Shown one piece after another: positions 11,092 through 24,796 of a stretch of 64,000 nt of DNA. Both the position numbers and the translations under genes were made by a program. This stretch comes from Ophelia neglecta (Eukaryota): assembly GCA_965285935.1 (NCBI GenBank), contig OZ260667.1, forward strand, positions 14,384,001 to 14,448,000, in the 5' to 3' direction. The first letter of the stretch is position 1. The number at the start of each line of letters is the position of its first letter. The notes under the pieces were generated by a model. It was not told the DNA's origin, did not search any database, and saw only the letters and a list, made by a program, of their open reading frames with translations.

Positions 11092-11998
11092 CTATTCGGT
11101 TCAGCTTGTTGTCCAGCGAACCGGGGTGGTTGTGCTTGATGGCGTTCATCCGCCTATTTTGAGGGCCGGCTCCCAGGTTTGCAGGGCCCTTGGGGCGGAC
11201 CGCCTCCACGGGCAGCACTCTCCGCCGCTTTTTGGGTAATTTGGCTCGGGCCTGTGTGTGGGAGTAGAACAGGGCGAAGTTGGAGACAATGACGGGTACG
11301 GGCAGGGCGATGGTCAGCACTCCGGTTAAGGCGCAGAGCGCGCCCACAAACGTGCCCACGTACGTCTTGGGCACCATGTCGCCGTAGCCTACTGTTGTCA
11401 TGGTAACGATAGCCCACCAGAGGCCGATGGGAATCGAAGTGAAGTCGTTTTCAGGGTTGTACTGTATCCGCTCGGCGTAAAAGATCAACGCCGCGAATAT
11501 CACGACTCCGAGGATAAGAAAAAAGATAAGCAAGCTCAACTCGTGCGCACTTGCTTTGAAAGTGTGTATAAGGATTTTTAGGCCGGGGCTGTGACGCGTC
11601 AACTTGAATAATCTCATAATGCGAATGATGCTGAAGAATTCCAGTATATCGTTTTCTTTCCGGAGTCGAGTGAGGAGAAAGTCTAGATAAAAGCTGAGGG
11701 TGGCCACGAAATCTATGATATTAACTGGCGCCCGAATGAAGTCCAGTTTATTAGGACTGACCACGAATCGAATGACGATCTCAAACGTGAACCAGGCGTT
11801 ACAGGCACATTCAATATAGAAAAAGGCTACGTGCGGCTCGGTGCGTCGTTTCTCTAATGTCCAGATTTGAGTGTGGTTGGCGTCCCCCTTGTTCAGGGTG
11901 ATGTTTCGGATGACCGGCACTCTCATGTTGGGGTGGGTCTTCAGACAAAACGACAGAATGGACACGACAATAAAGAACACCGACATAACGGCGACGAT
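11092..11998 (-). CDS. Shaw: Shaw/Kv3 second coding exon: S1-S6, pore and proximal C-terminus (907 nt, phase 0 to phase 1)
   Basis: Acceptor tctctttgttatatctccattgcag|ATC is in frame with exon A. It encodes S4 [15 protein letters not shown], the S4-S5 linker [14 protein letters not shown], pore [19 protein letters not shown]6 [14 protein letters not shown] and the post-S6 basic segment AKLPKKRRR. Donor is ATAG|GTAAGG (GT at 11091-11090). Confidence 0.97.
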
Positions 11999-14900
11999 CT
12001 GCAATGGAGATATAACAAAGAGAAAATATTAATGGTAGAAAATAGGCCAATGATATATATTATATATATAGGCCAACCACCATTTCATGTGAATGTAAGG
12101 TAAGTCTTTAGGAGAGAAAGAAAGTGAAAAAACATACTTATAAACTTACTTGACTTGATTCCTAGCATGACATAAACATTATTGATCACAATGCATTTGG
12201 TTTATTTTACAAACCAACTATTTATAATAGTATCCAATTATATCAAATAAAGCCATTAGGCCTATACATTTCATTACAAAGTTTTGGTCATGAGAAAGGC
12301 TAGTTTTGTTATCCCATGAATATTACATAGATATGCCTTCATTAAATAAATTGAAACATTATTCATTCTTAATAATCGTATTTGGATTAAAAATAAGATA
12401 AAATCAGACATATGGCAGGAATTTAAGGAATTTTAGCGAAGCAAAAGCTGTCAAACTTTAACAAACAGCTCTAGGTTCATAATGGATAATTTCAACTTTG
12501 ACCTTTCGTTCAACATTGTCAAAAAACACAAAAGGGCGACATATCTATCATTGAGCATGCGTGTTAGAGGCCGACCATGTTGACAATTGATCAAAGCAAA
12601 TATACCCTGAACCTATGAGCTACTTAAGGCAGTAGTATAGGCAGAACCGGAAATGACATGAAAATCTATCTAGACTAGCTCCCTATAGGTTAAAAATAGT
12701 GCAAGTTGGGTCGTTATTGGGATACAACATGGACAAGTACAGACAATAACTACCAGTATTATCTACCATGGAAAATGGAAATATGCATATCAAATCAAAA
12801 TCATTGATCTGTAAAGGCATTAGACGAACACTCGTGCAAGCATCCGAATGTCAACTGTAAAAAACCTGACATTTGTGGCAATGCACATTCCCGGGAGGAC
12901 ACATTGATCGGGACACTTACGAAGTGGATCAACATAGAAGCGACACCGAATCAATGTACATTTTGTAGAACTGTTTCAAAATATACATAGAGTTGAAATA
13001 GTGTGTAAAAGCTCCTTTAAATAGTGCATTAGTGAGTTGGTGAGCTTTTCTGTCTACATTTGATGTTGCAGTGCTGTTTCGTGACTGGTACATGTTTGAG
13101 TGCTGCTATCATCTGTGAGTTAAGTCACAATTATACGATGGCAACTATGTATGGAATAGCTTAAACTATTAAACGCATCTATTCCGCCATCATTATAATA
13201 TATCATTGCGGTTACTCGATTAGATTTCATATATAAACTCTAAACTTTAATTATTCGCTTATCAAACACTATCGTTTCGGTTCCGAGATAAAACCTATGA
13301 TTTTTTTTTCCGTCCGTGGTTTGTCATCAACGACTTCGGGCATCTAAATCGTGGTAAAATATCTGGTATCTATTTCATTGTCATTCTCACGAGGCTTGAA
13401 AGTAGCATGATTAACACAGCTGCTCCAAGCATGCATATATGAATAGATTTAAGCGGAGACAACAGCTATCAAAAGTTTAATAATGTAACGGGTAAATTAA
13501 TGAGGCTGGCGAGGAGGGGGGGGGGGGGGGGGGGTCGATCAATGTGCAAAGTACCCTCCTGTGGTCTAAAGTCTCACATCCGGTGAAGTCATCGGCCTTG
13601 CATACATCTGACTATAAGCGTATTTAGAATTGCAAGTGAGGTATGCTTCAGTCATTGAAGGCGGCAAATCGAGTGACAAAAAACGGTTAAATGAAATTGA
13701 AACTAGAGAAGGGGGAAAACATGCAGAAATTAGAAAAGCGAAAGATAAAAGTTAATGTAAAAATACTTTGTTTTATGTTTTAGCGGTTGGCTTTTAAAGA
13801 TAATACTATGCGGGTTAACGACATTTGAAGAAAAAACAATGCTTGTTTGGACTCGGTCGGATTGCTTTCTGGGTGCAAAGCGAGATCAAACATTGATTAG
13901 TGGTTGTAATTCGGAAATAAGAAGGGTGGGTTTTAAACTATAATAAAGCCCGAGATGTGAGAACTTCTGGATATCGACAATAAGTCTTTTAGACCCAGAT
14001 TAATTAGGTTTAGTAATGATACCATTCTGAAGAGTCGCAGTCAGTCTTTTTTTTTTAAAAACATCAAATTTATTTGTTTCCTTTAATGTTCGCTGCATCC
14101 TGTTTTCCGACATTTGAATGTTTTCCCACGTCCCTTTTTTATGTCATTGCTCCTGTAGTCTGTTGACAGGCAGACAAACAGGTGCATTCTGGGACTTTCT
14201 AGATGCAGTGGCGTGCAGCCGTTGGAGCGTATCTACTTGAATTAATATCAGAATTCAAATCATTACTTGAATATGGAATATCGAATTAATCGGACTTACG
14301 GTCGTTCAGTATTAGGCTTTCGATTACCGAAACACGATGTTGCTTTATTCTAAACCAAGTTTAGGGATGGAATTTGGTCAAAAATGGTAACCATATTTCA
14401 CCTAGTAAGTCGATTAAGCAAATTTAGTGTCGACAAGCAGGCGTTTTCCGCAATGGGCCGGCGGAGGAAAAAGAAGACGGAGTGTTGTCAAGGCTCACGC
14501 CCAGGTTTGTCGGTGTATATAATACATACATATATAATGTATACTGCAGACGACTCGCCGAGCGAAGACTTCCTCTTGTCTTCCCCTCTAAACGCGTGCC
14601 GACCAGTTTCCATAACAACGGAGTGGTTGGCCAACAAATCGATGTGTTTGTTGTCGCCAAGCAGGCCGGTCCAAAAAGCCCGCCTCCGACACGGGATAGA
14701 AGGCACGCGTAGGCCTATAGTCAGAATCAAAATGAATGCCAATCCTGTGCTGACCTTTTCGTAACTAATGGTATATTACCTCTTATTAACCGGCGTTCTA
14801 TGCAGTATGCTTTCATCATGTTTGGTCTATTATTACCAATACTCTCGGTTCGCTGCTTCTCTTATACGTTCATTGTATAACGCCTTTGTTGCTCTAAGAA

Positions 14901-16151
14901 GAATGACACCTCTTTCGACCGACCACACTGGACATTTAGCTGGCCGCCATTCGCAACTGTATTGATTGGCAGGACGGATGGGGATAAAGGCCTGATGTGA
15001 CTAAGTGTACATCAATAGTAGGTCTTTCTGCTAAAATCGGGCAAGTTATGTCGACAGCTAGAGTGACAATTGAGTAATTAGCTCGGGGCCAAAATCATGA
15101 TTATTAGACGGGCCCGACGAAGAGGGTAATATAGTGAAGTCGGACTAATGTCTATGTGCGCTGAACTTGTGGGCTTTCCTGTTGCCATGTTTGATCAGCC
15201 AATCATAAAAAGTGTCGTACTATAGAGGATAACTCGAGATATGGCTGCTCCGTGTCAGAAAAATCAAGCTGCAACCACGACTACTACTTATACCGTAAAG
15301 TGAATTTAACGTTTGCAAAGCTGATCTCGCCTATCCTATAATACAATATTGTTTTTCACTTGACTTAACTTGTAAATGTTTTACACTTCAGCGGGGGGTA
15401 AAGCTCTAGGATGCTTGGCAGAGGCCGCAGGCCGGAGTCTATGTCGCTTGCGGAAGGCCAATTCGGTTTCGGTGGTGCTTAATGAAGACGTTTTAAGTAT
15501 AATGAATCAACCGATCAATTTTCATCGCTTTTATCACTGAAAACCGGAGAAAATCGCATTACAATGTTTCTTGCCTAAGGTCTCTTAATTCTTGGGGATT
15601 AACCTGACTTATCGGTGTATCAATGTCAGTTGACCACGAATTGACCTCGGCAATATCATTTAATCTCCTTATAACTCGGTGTATAGGGATTCGCAAGGAA
15701 ATCGGGTGCGTACACTTACACTATTAATAGTTGTATTGGTGTAATAAATTTTGCCTTAAATAGCCATGGGCCCTACAATTTGATTGATGGAAAACATCGG
15801 GGTATGCTCATAAATTTAGAACATTAAAACTGATTGTTTGAATAATTAGCTTCAAACCTTCTTTCCGACAACATTAAGAAATCACCAATAGACGTTAATT
15901 ATCGGAATTACATAATTCTTTAAATTATTTTATTTTATTCAGAGGTCGCGTTAAATTTGAGAGTTGTATGTGACAGTAAATTATCTTCAAGACGAAAGAA
16001 GCTATAAACGACGAGGCATCCTATGTAGACTCGGAAAATATACAGGTACTCAGAAATTGAGTCGCACTTAATTAGCAGTGCTCAGGCGTGGCCAGAACAA
16101 GCCCAGCTTATATGCTGGAAGAGAGATAAGAATCAAATTTGTGTTGCTTAC

Positions 16152-16166
16152 GTTCCCGGGCTGGAT
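16152..16166 (-). CDS. Candidate 15-nt phase-0 microexon (IQPGN; 9-nt PGN variant via an internal CAG)
   Basis: tcattttttttatttag|ATCCAGCCCGGGAAC|gtaagc. Confidence 0.33.
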
Positions 16167-16563
16167 CTAAATAAAAAAAATGATAATATTTGAATTGTGA
16201 CCAAAAAAGATGTAATTATTCTGGGAATTCGAAGGCATATGCAAGGAACACATTGATCAATAAAAACTAACATAACCAGGCATTCTTTTAGGACTAGTAC
16301 ATTATCTAATGATTCATTTATAGCAAGTATATTTAATCTCTCTATTTAACTGTTAATATTGCTTTAGAAAAAAACAAACTGGATACTTTTTAAGTACAAC
16401 GGGGAGCGACTATTTTTTAATGACAATCAAATTAAACATGTTGATTCACAAGAAAATGAATTAACCAGTAAAACTTAACTAAAATTAATGCCAAGTATCT
16501 TAACATTTAAATATATAAATCGAGGACAATCAAAAGGTTACATTCAATTTGAGAAGTGGGGAC

Positions 16564-16771
16564 CACTAGCGGATCTATGAGTGTGTAACGGGGAGGTGGT
16601 CGGCTATGAGGGTGATGATGTGAGATGAGCGTCTCATCCCGGACAGGGTCAGGCTCCGGAGGGGGAGGAGACACCCATCCCACACCCTTGCCAGCGTCCC
16701 AGGACACACACTAGTGGACAGAAAAGCGGTAGTCCGGGCCCATAAGTCCCCCTTCTATAGATCCGAAAGTG
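16564..16771. mobile_element. Degenerate MITE-like element with GCGGATCTA-type TIRs
   Basis: CACTAGCGGATCTA ... TAGATCCGAAAGTG (12/14 inverted match). The internal GGAGGAGACACCCATC is shared with the element at about 48.2 kb. Confidence 0.55.
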
Positions 16772-17813
16772 TTTATGAAGATAAACTCAGCACTTCACAT
16801 ACCCAACTCATCACCTTACATAACCATTCTCGGTGGTGCGGCCCACAACAACCATTTTTTATATATGGGCGACCCATAAATAGGAGGAAGAACTAAAGGG
16901 GTCCTCGAGTCTTATTGTGTCAGTGCGTAGCACCACCGAGAATGCCTCTACCGAACCCTCGGAGCCTTTTTACTTGGGATTAAAACCAAGCTTCCATGGT
17001 CGACACTTTTTCTAGTCAATTGTCAAGTGAAAATACCTGGCAAAGAAACTTGTCTTATTTACCATTCAATTTTGAATTCAATAAAGACTGTTTACTATTT
17101 TGTCACTTGCCTTCAGCAGCCTTAGGTTTGAACAGAGAGTTTAAAACTTGGTTTATAATTGTCATCTCTTGCGAAATATTTATTAATAAGTATATATAAT
17201 TTTTTTGATTTCAAATAAGATGCCGGATAGTGACTGAGGAAACAGGATGTTTATGTACTAAACCATACAGGCGAGGCTCGTCATTTATGAGTTGGATACA
17301 CGACAAATAAATCTGACTGAAGATAGTCGGGAAATAATCTACAACTCTAACAGGCATATTAACGGAGAGAAGTTCAACGTAAATCCAAAATGCTGTCTTA
17401 AGAAAATCACCACATTTAACGTTCAATTAAAATCAAGTCAGTTGAATCAATCTCCATGCAATGAAAACATATTGATTTGAAAGCAGACTGATAGCAACCT
17501 AAACATCAAAGATAGTCTGTCTGTTAATCAAAACATCGATCTCAACTCGTAAGGTTGAGTCGACAAGTTAGGCTTCCAATATCAACTGCTCATAATAGGA
17601 TGAAAATAAAGAATACGAGGGAAGTGAACATCCGGGGATTGTCCGTGAACGCTCTCTGGCGGTCAAGGGTTTAATCCTTTATTAAGGTAGTCAGGAGATA
17701 GTGTTAGTGTTTAAAGCTGAGGATTTTATGAAGTTGATATTGAAATATTGTGCAGGCATTGTATCGTCGGCATAGGAGGTTGTAGTACACACTTACTACA
17801 AAATATCGCTTAC

Positions 17814-17822
17814 CTTGTTTTG
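17814..17822 (-). CDS. Candidate 9-nt phase-0 microexon (QNK) between T1 and S1
   Basis: ttaattttttcttcatttgtttgtttatcaacatgcag|CAAAACAAG|gtaagc: long AG-free U-rich tract, TGCAG acceptor, near-consensus donor, in frame with the phase-0 intron. Confidence 0.5.
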
Positions 17823-20800
17823 CTGCATGTTGATAAACAAACAAATGAAGAAAAAATTAAGAGGAGTCATATAGACTTCGGCCATGCATTGAGCGACACT
17901 GACGTGACTAATGACACTGGGGGTTTGACCACGGGACTGATACCCGGATGCAGGGGGCTCCTGCCATAGGCCACATCCAGACACCGGATACTACTAACTG
18001 AAAACACCAAACACTTCAAATATCTGACGCAAAGCGGCGCCGTCGACATGCTCCTGGCGCCCTCTGGCGTTAGTCGGCCATACAACATCTCAGACCATGG
18101 AGACCTAATACAGGCATAACAAACGCTGGGCGCCAACAAGATAACGCATGCGCTCAAACACATTCTGGGGCAATAACGAGCATTGGTTAGAATGTTTGTT
18201 GCTCTAGGAGTTGCATACGAACATTCACATCATAACTATACTGTTATACACGGGCCCACATTAGAATAAGAATGAAAATAATTTATTAAAACTTCAAGGC
18301 AGTGTCAAAAATGAGGTATCCGTTGAAGAGGAATCATGCATTTCATAAAGACACAAACAAAGGGTATGGTTGCATGTCGAAGACCTCTCGATTATAATAG
18401 ATAGTCAACGAACGCGCCAACAGGGGCACCGGGAAAATTCGGTTGACTTGGACCTGTTTGGTGTTTCCGCTTAAGACAGTAAGGAGGGTGTGTGCATTCA
18501 ATTTGGAATGTTAGCTCGTTGAAAGAAAGTCATCGAGTGCTGTTTGGTATCCGTCGAAACTGGCGAACGTGAGGGAAGAATGAAGGCAAAGCCCATCAAC
18601 CGGCTAGCAAAGCTAATCAATAGCGCCTCCACGCGACAAGGAAACAGTTGTGTCGTCCTGTGTGCTTTCCCGCGCTAAGACAGCAAGCAGACGACTGAAG
18701 AAAACACGCCACAAGTCTCGTTCGATCTCGGCCTCAAGAGATGTTTTATCTTCGCTTTCAGACGTCAAAAGACACCGACAAAGAATCGAAAACTCTTTCA
18801 GCAAACTAGTTTGCCCAGCTCCTCAGTGTATAGATCGTCCCTCAACGGTAAATTTGTTCAAGATATACAATAAATAGAAAACAGAAGAGAATGTCACTCG
18901 TTACAACGAACAACGCTTTGAAAGAATCTGATGAGAAAAAAGTGGAGAGTAGAGATTAACTTCGTTAATGGATCGAAGCAAACTTATCTAGAATATCAAG
19001 TCAACCGATTCAATGGCATAATTGTAAATGTGATGAAACATATATCATATGATTTCATCAGGCCGTTGAACTGTAAACCAAAATCCATACATGGAAGACT
19101 CGTGTTCTTTCAGACTGTTCTTCGCTTTTTCTTCACACAATTATCGAACTACAAGAAGTAGAAATGTTCAGGCCAAATTGCATCGTACTAACAAGATCAC
19201 CACGTGATCACCCAGCAGCAGCAATGATTTTCTGTCTCTGGCGATCGTTAAATTTTCTTGGATATCAAGTCATAAATCAGGGGAAATTCTGTGGGCCGCT
19301 AACTGAGTTTGACCTCGCAACTACCGTCTGCCTAAAGTCGGCTATATTGACTATCAGCATGTCAGGCAGTGGGATCCGCTTGCAGCTAAGCGTAATCAAG
19401 TCTCGTGAGATTCTGTCCACTACGCGAGAGTGGTCCCTCAGGGACCATCGTTTTGACTAGCGGCCAAGGAAAAGACAATATGGTTCGAGCCAGCCCAACA
19501 AAAACCAACGTGATCGTCGTCTTAAAGTCAAATAGAAAAAGGCTGACAAATTCCAGACAGTAAGATCTCCGCACTAAAACAAAACTCCCAGCACAAGAAG
19601 GGATAGCCGTAAACACTAAAAGCAAATTACCCCTTAAAAAGTAGTGCGTAGATCTTGCACATGCGCAGAGCGATTTTAATAAAAACTGAAAGATATATTT
19701 CTATTCGTTGGCAATATCTTGGAAAGGTATGTGAAGGTATTCGCTGATTCTGGCTACAAGTAATGTTCCGTCATCGATGTTTAAACAAAGAAAAAAGGAG
19801 TTGTTGGTGGCCAAAGTAGCAGTGGGACGTGTGACTTCCTTTTAACATTAATGATTAACTGACGCCATAACGGTTGACGCGCTCTTTGGTTTCTGACAGT
19901 ATATGAAATTCCCGGCCGTTTTACAGCACGCTCCCTCAAACATGGGTCATAGCGTCGTAAATGGACGATGTAAATGCACACCACAAGCATCGATTCTCAA
20001 GTCGCCTATAGGACTGATCAGGGAGGTGGAGGAGTGGGCGGATCTATACAGTTAAACAAAGAATTTAAAAACCCAATTATTAGGGCATCGGAGCAGAGCC
20101 GAATTCTGTTCTCCTAACTTTGGGGCGGTTTCCCGAAAAAAATTCTAAAAGTAGGCCCCATCCCTAACCCATCCCTTAGCCTCTCGTTATGCACTTTAAG
20201 CATCATATATTTTGAATCTATCCGCTCTGGTGGATCGACTCCTGCTAGTTGCGTCTGCAGCCTCACTACTGTCAAAGTAAGTATAGCTGGATTCCAAGCA
20301 GTATTCTAGTTTATATAAGGCCAACCATCCGTCGTATATATCGATGAATTATAGGCCTATATCATTTTATCAAATTCCTGCACCTATGAGTACAAAATAG
20401 TATAACATTGAAGAACGGTTAATTAATAGTTACTATATACATATATCTGTATGATGTACTCATAAGGCTGTAATTATTGCATAACCGATTTGAAAAAGCA
20501 AACACTGAATTAATAGATCGTGGTATAAATTGTGGTCAGGATTTGGGAAGCAGCAATGAAACCACTGACTGACTGGGTCACGCATGCCCAGTGACACAAA
20601 AATGGTTCATGCATACCCGCTATTAAGTTGACATGGCATTATTGCGGGAGTCCAACGAAAAGTGTCAAGCTGGACCAGACTAATTTCTTTTCAGAAAGGG
20701 GTATCCGTATCTTTAGCTGGCATGCATGGACAATGTGGGATGCTGTTGGGGATGTCTTCATTCGACCAGTGCCCTGCCCCCCCCCCCCCCCTCCATGGAC

Positions 20801-23800
20801 ACTTTCTAAATATATCGAGATCCGCCTTATCATTCACTGGGAGTGGATGGGAACAGCACTGCGTTCCACCTGTACGTTCTCAGCTTGCCATCGATTGTCT
20901 GCCCCTATTTAAATACCTCGCATGCACAATACGACTGAAGTCAATAGCCACGTTTACCACAGATAACCTTCAGTTTGCCAAGTCCCCCCGGCGGCACTTC
21001 CGAACAAACAACAAGAAACCTTACCCGGCTACAAATATAATGAATCGACAATGAGCGATAATGGAAACAGTAAAACATATCGTTTCAGCTAACCGCCGAT
21101 AATGAGCGTACTTCAGGTGGTTTTAGTCTTCTGGTCTTTACGCTAGGGTGCATGCGCAGTCACGGTTTCCTGCTGCTTAAAATGTAGGGGGGGGGGGGCA
21201 CTAGCTTGGCGTTCCTGTGATATTCTGTTCTACTTAGAACTGATAAATTCCGGAAAACAATCGTGTGAAGTTGGGCAGACGTCGACCATCAAAGAGCCCG
21301 GATTAATAGAGGAATCTCTTTGAAATGATCAATAGGTAAATCAATAGCCGTTCAAACCCTTTGGAGCACAGCGGTTTCGTGACAATTCCGGAGTCGACCT
21401 TAAAGGAGACTATTGAATTCATCGTGACCGTATGTCGAGGGATATTAAGCTAATAGAAGCATGCCACTAGGCACGTGACAGATAAAACCAGGCAGTCTCG
21501 CGGAAAACGTCTATTGACAATCGTCAGGAAATCCTACAATTCCGCAGCAAGTAGACGCCGAGTTACGTCTTTTCCGGCTGAGTCGATTTTCGTTGTCAGC
21601 AAATGCTCACATGAGTTTGCCGTGATTCGAGCTATATTCTATACTTTGAGCGGCATCCTACTCCTTTCGCCGGCAGATTCCATTGTTCATATTATGTATA
21701 TGTATATAAAAAGTCGTCTGCAATATCCAGCTTTTTATCTATCGCGCGAGTCCATATCTCCAGCTAGATTAAATTATTTTTGTCATCCATCTCGGCCTGT
21801 TCACAGAACAATAGTAGTTTTGTAGTGTCGGATGTCTCGGACGAAGGATGGATCTAGCCCGTACATCGTTCATCGTTGTTTAGCTCTCGAGGTTTGGAGT
21901 GTTTTCCTGCACATCCTCCGACTCGTCTAGTCGCATGAACTAGGCGACAAAAAATAAGTATCCCAGCTCGTCGGGGAACTCATTCCGAGCTATAATACGA
22001 GTTTTACTCTGATGGAATTGACTCGAACCCGTCTTAGAATGGCAGACACTCCAGTCGCGAGCCGAGTATGCAGATCGGTTCTCAGCGATGTCAATATCTA
22101 AACCATCTGCCCATCATATTACACTCCGTGTTGTCACTCTCCTAAGCTTTATGAGCTTTTCAACAAGTACCTTCTCTGTCTTTATTACTGGTATCCAAGG
22201 CGCATACATGGGACCGCCAAGCCTCTCCAGGCGTACTTAAAACATCGAGTCAGGGTTCAACATCGATCTTTTAAACTAAAATACACCATTATAATATTGT
22301 CTTTGGTATCATAGACAGCGGCCATTTCAGTCAGTTAGCACAGCTATGCGATGGCATTACACAATCTCTTTTATCGGGTTTTGAGGAATCTGTTCTTTGA
22401 GAGAGAAACAGCTACTGACACGTGTAACAGGGAAAACAATCGATACAAATTACATTACGGGGGGCTTCCAATTGACCGTCTATAAAGCCAATTTTTACGC
22501 TCGTTGTCAATAGTCCAAAATACAATATAGCCCTATACGAAGTCCAAAAAGCCCAATTCCCCTTAAACAAACATTTCACCTCAAGATGCGAAAGGAGAAT
22601 GATCTTTAAAATTAAAATCATAAAACCGTCAAGTTTTACATAGCAGACTATTTCATGGCGTTGGTGTCGTGAACCACTCTGGTTAGTTCTTCAAATCATC
22701 CCAGCAACAGTTGAACTTTTGACAAAACCTTAAGTGTTAAGTATAAACCCGGCATCATTAAAGAGTTCTATGAAAATTGAAGATCTTTTAAATAAAAAAT
22801 GGACTAGGAGGCATCAATCTGCCCGTTTTGATTTAATCCACAATGAGATTGGCCTGAATGTCAAGCAGACTTAAGACATACTGGTAAACTCACTCCATTG
22901 TCATTGATTCCTGGGTGAACCGGGTTCTTCATCAGACGACAACTGCATCATAAACTAAACGCCCAGCCGGGTATCGAATTTCTCCAGCCCGTATTGCGTA
23001 CAATCGAAGAAGGCGGCAAGACCTGATTTCAAGACTGTTTCGTAGGCCTGTTTCTTCATCGCTAACTTTCTTATGAATTTGTGGCCAAACCTAATATGGT
23101 AATAGGTGGCACCGACGCATTATGGGTGATATTAGGCAGACAAGAGGTCTCCGATGACCTTCAACCTAAGCTGGGGCAAAGCCATTCCTTTATCAGGGCG
23201 TTGGGGGAATGCTTGATCCAGCAATCATTTCCTCATCTCATTTAGTATGAATTAAGACAGGCTGGACCTGACCATCCGATCATCTGTTGACTCAAGGCCA
23301 CCTGAGTGTTAATCATATTACCACTGAGTAACCAGCATTCGAACTGGTAGGGGAACGTTCAATGAGCATGCCCCGCGGACATAGCAGCCGGCCAAGCTTG
23401 CTAATAAATTACATATTTAATATTGGATATCCATATTGCATTGCGGCTGCAAATATTGGCATAGCCCTTAGCACGTTGGGGATTAGGATACGCCCAAAGT
23501 CAAAGATGGCCAACTCTCCCATAACAGCAATCAGGGGAATTGAGAGTTTGCCAGCAAACGCGTGTTCCCTCGGTGACGTCAATATGCGAGCTTTAATAGA
23601 TATGTGTCAATAGAGGTGGATGAAGCTAGAATGTTGCTCCCAAGGATGGTTCACAGCCTGCTGTTTTGCCAAACACGGGGAATGTACCCGGCAACGAAAT
23701 AATATCACCATCTAAACACCAAGACTGGCCATTGTAATGTACATCAAATAAACACCTTCCACGTGAAAGCGTCGAGGACGGTTTGCACTAAAGTCAATTT

Positions 23801-24796
23801 ACGCTAGTCATCACATAAATTGGTACATTATCGTGGAAATGCTCCTGTTTTCGCATGGGAATTTACCCCGAAAGTTCCATTGTGTGATGGGCCGAAGCAA
23901 GTGGGCCATCTGTGAAAACATATTGTTGCTCACTTCCATTCACAATGTCCAGTCAATTCCTGGCCTTTTAATCCAATCTGACAAATGGCAACAAATGGCC
24001 ACAATGGTAGCGTTGAAGGAACCGCATCTTTTACGACACCAGACGGCCGTAAACGTGATCCCTTTTACCTTGGCCGAAAGCCTTGAGCAAAAAGGAGAAA
24101 TAAAATCTGCCTGGGTGTTTCTTTTAATGACGATTATTTATAAGGTGGCCAACAAGAAAGCCCCGGTTGCGTCTTGTAACCTAACTGTGGACGACTTATG
24201 TACAATTCACCCGAACAAACAAAAAACAAACAGCGGTCTGCATGTCTTTGCTTATGGCCACACGTGATCTAAACACCATTAATTTTGTCATGTACGATCT
24301 TGATTAAGATATATGAAACGCAATAAAGTGATGAGGTACATGACCCAACATTGGATGTGATATCAATACCCGCGTGTCACTCTGTGATATGGGGCAGACC
24401 AGCAGATTTCGAGCCGCGAGATGCCCCAGATACACGTACATGTATATTTATAAACTTTTATCTCAATGTACCGACGTGAGGGGCATGCCAACAGGAAGTC
24501 AATGTTACCCGAACGTTTGGCATACGGCACGGAAGACTTCAGCGAAATTTATGATTGGCTAAATTTACGACCAGCCTTTGTTGCACGGCTCCATCAGGGG
24601 GGGTGGGGGTGGGGGGTGGCAGGGAATGCATTAACTGAAGGAGACGAAGGCACAGGCCACAGAGTGTCTGTGTTTGGAAAGCGACAACGGAGAAGACCTG
24701 CTTACCGTATTATGCTTATCATTAAATTAACTCAGTATGATACTCGGGACGCGACTAATACCACTTAGTCCAGAGAGCACACTAGAAGAACTAGTG

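Noticed and set aside
18580-19600. Possible nested gene (basic ORF 18650-18877 and neighbours)
   Set aside because: No recognisable domain, no ATG/splice architecture and no consistent frame.
21019-21040. ttatatttgtag|CCGG|gtaagg 4-nt pseudo-microexon
   Set aside because: It is frameshifting. It shows that acceptor/donor juxtapositions occur by chance in this intron, which is why the other microexon calls have moderate confidence.
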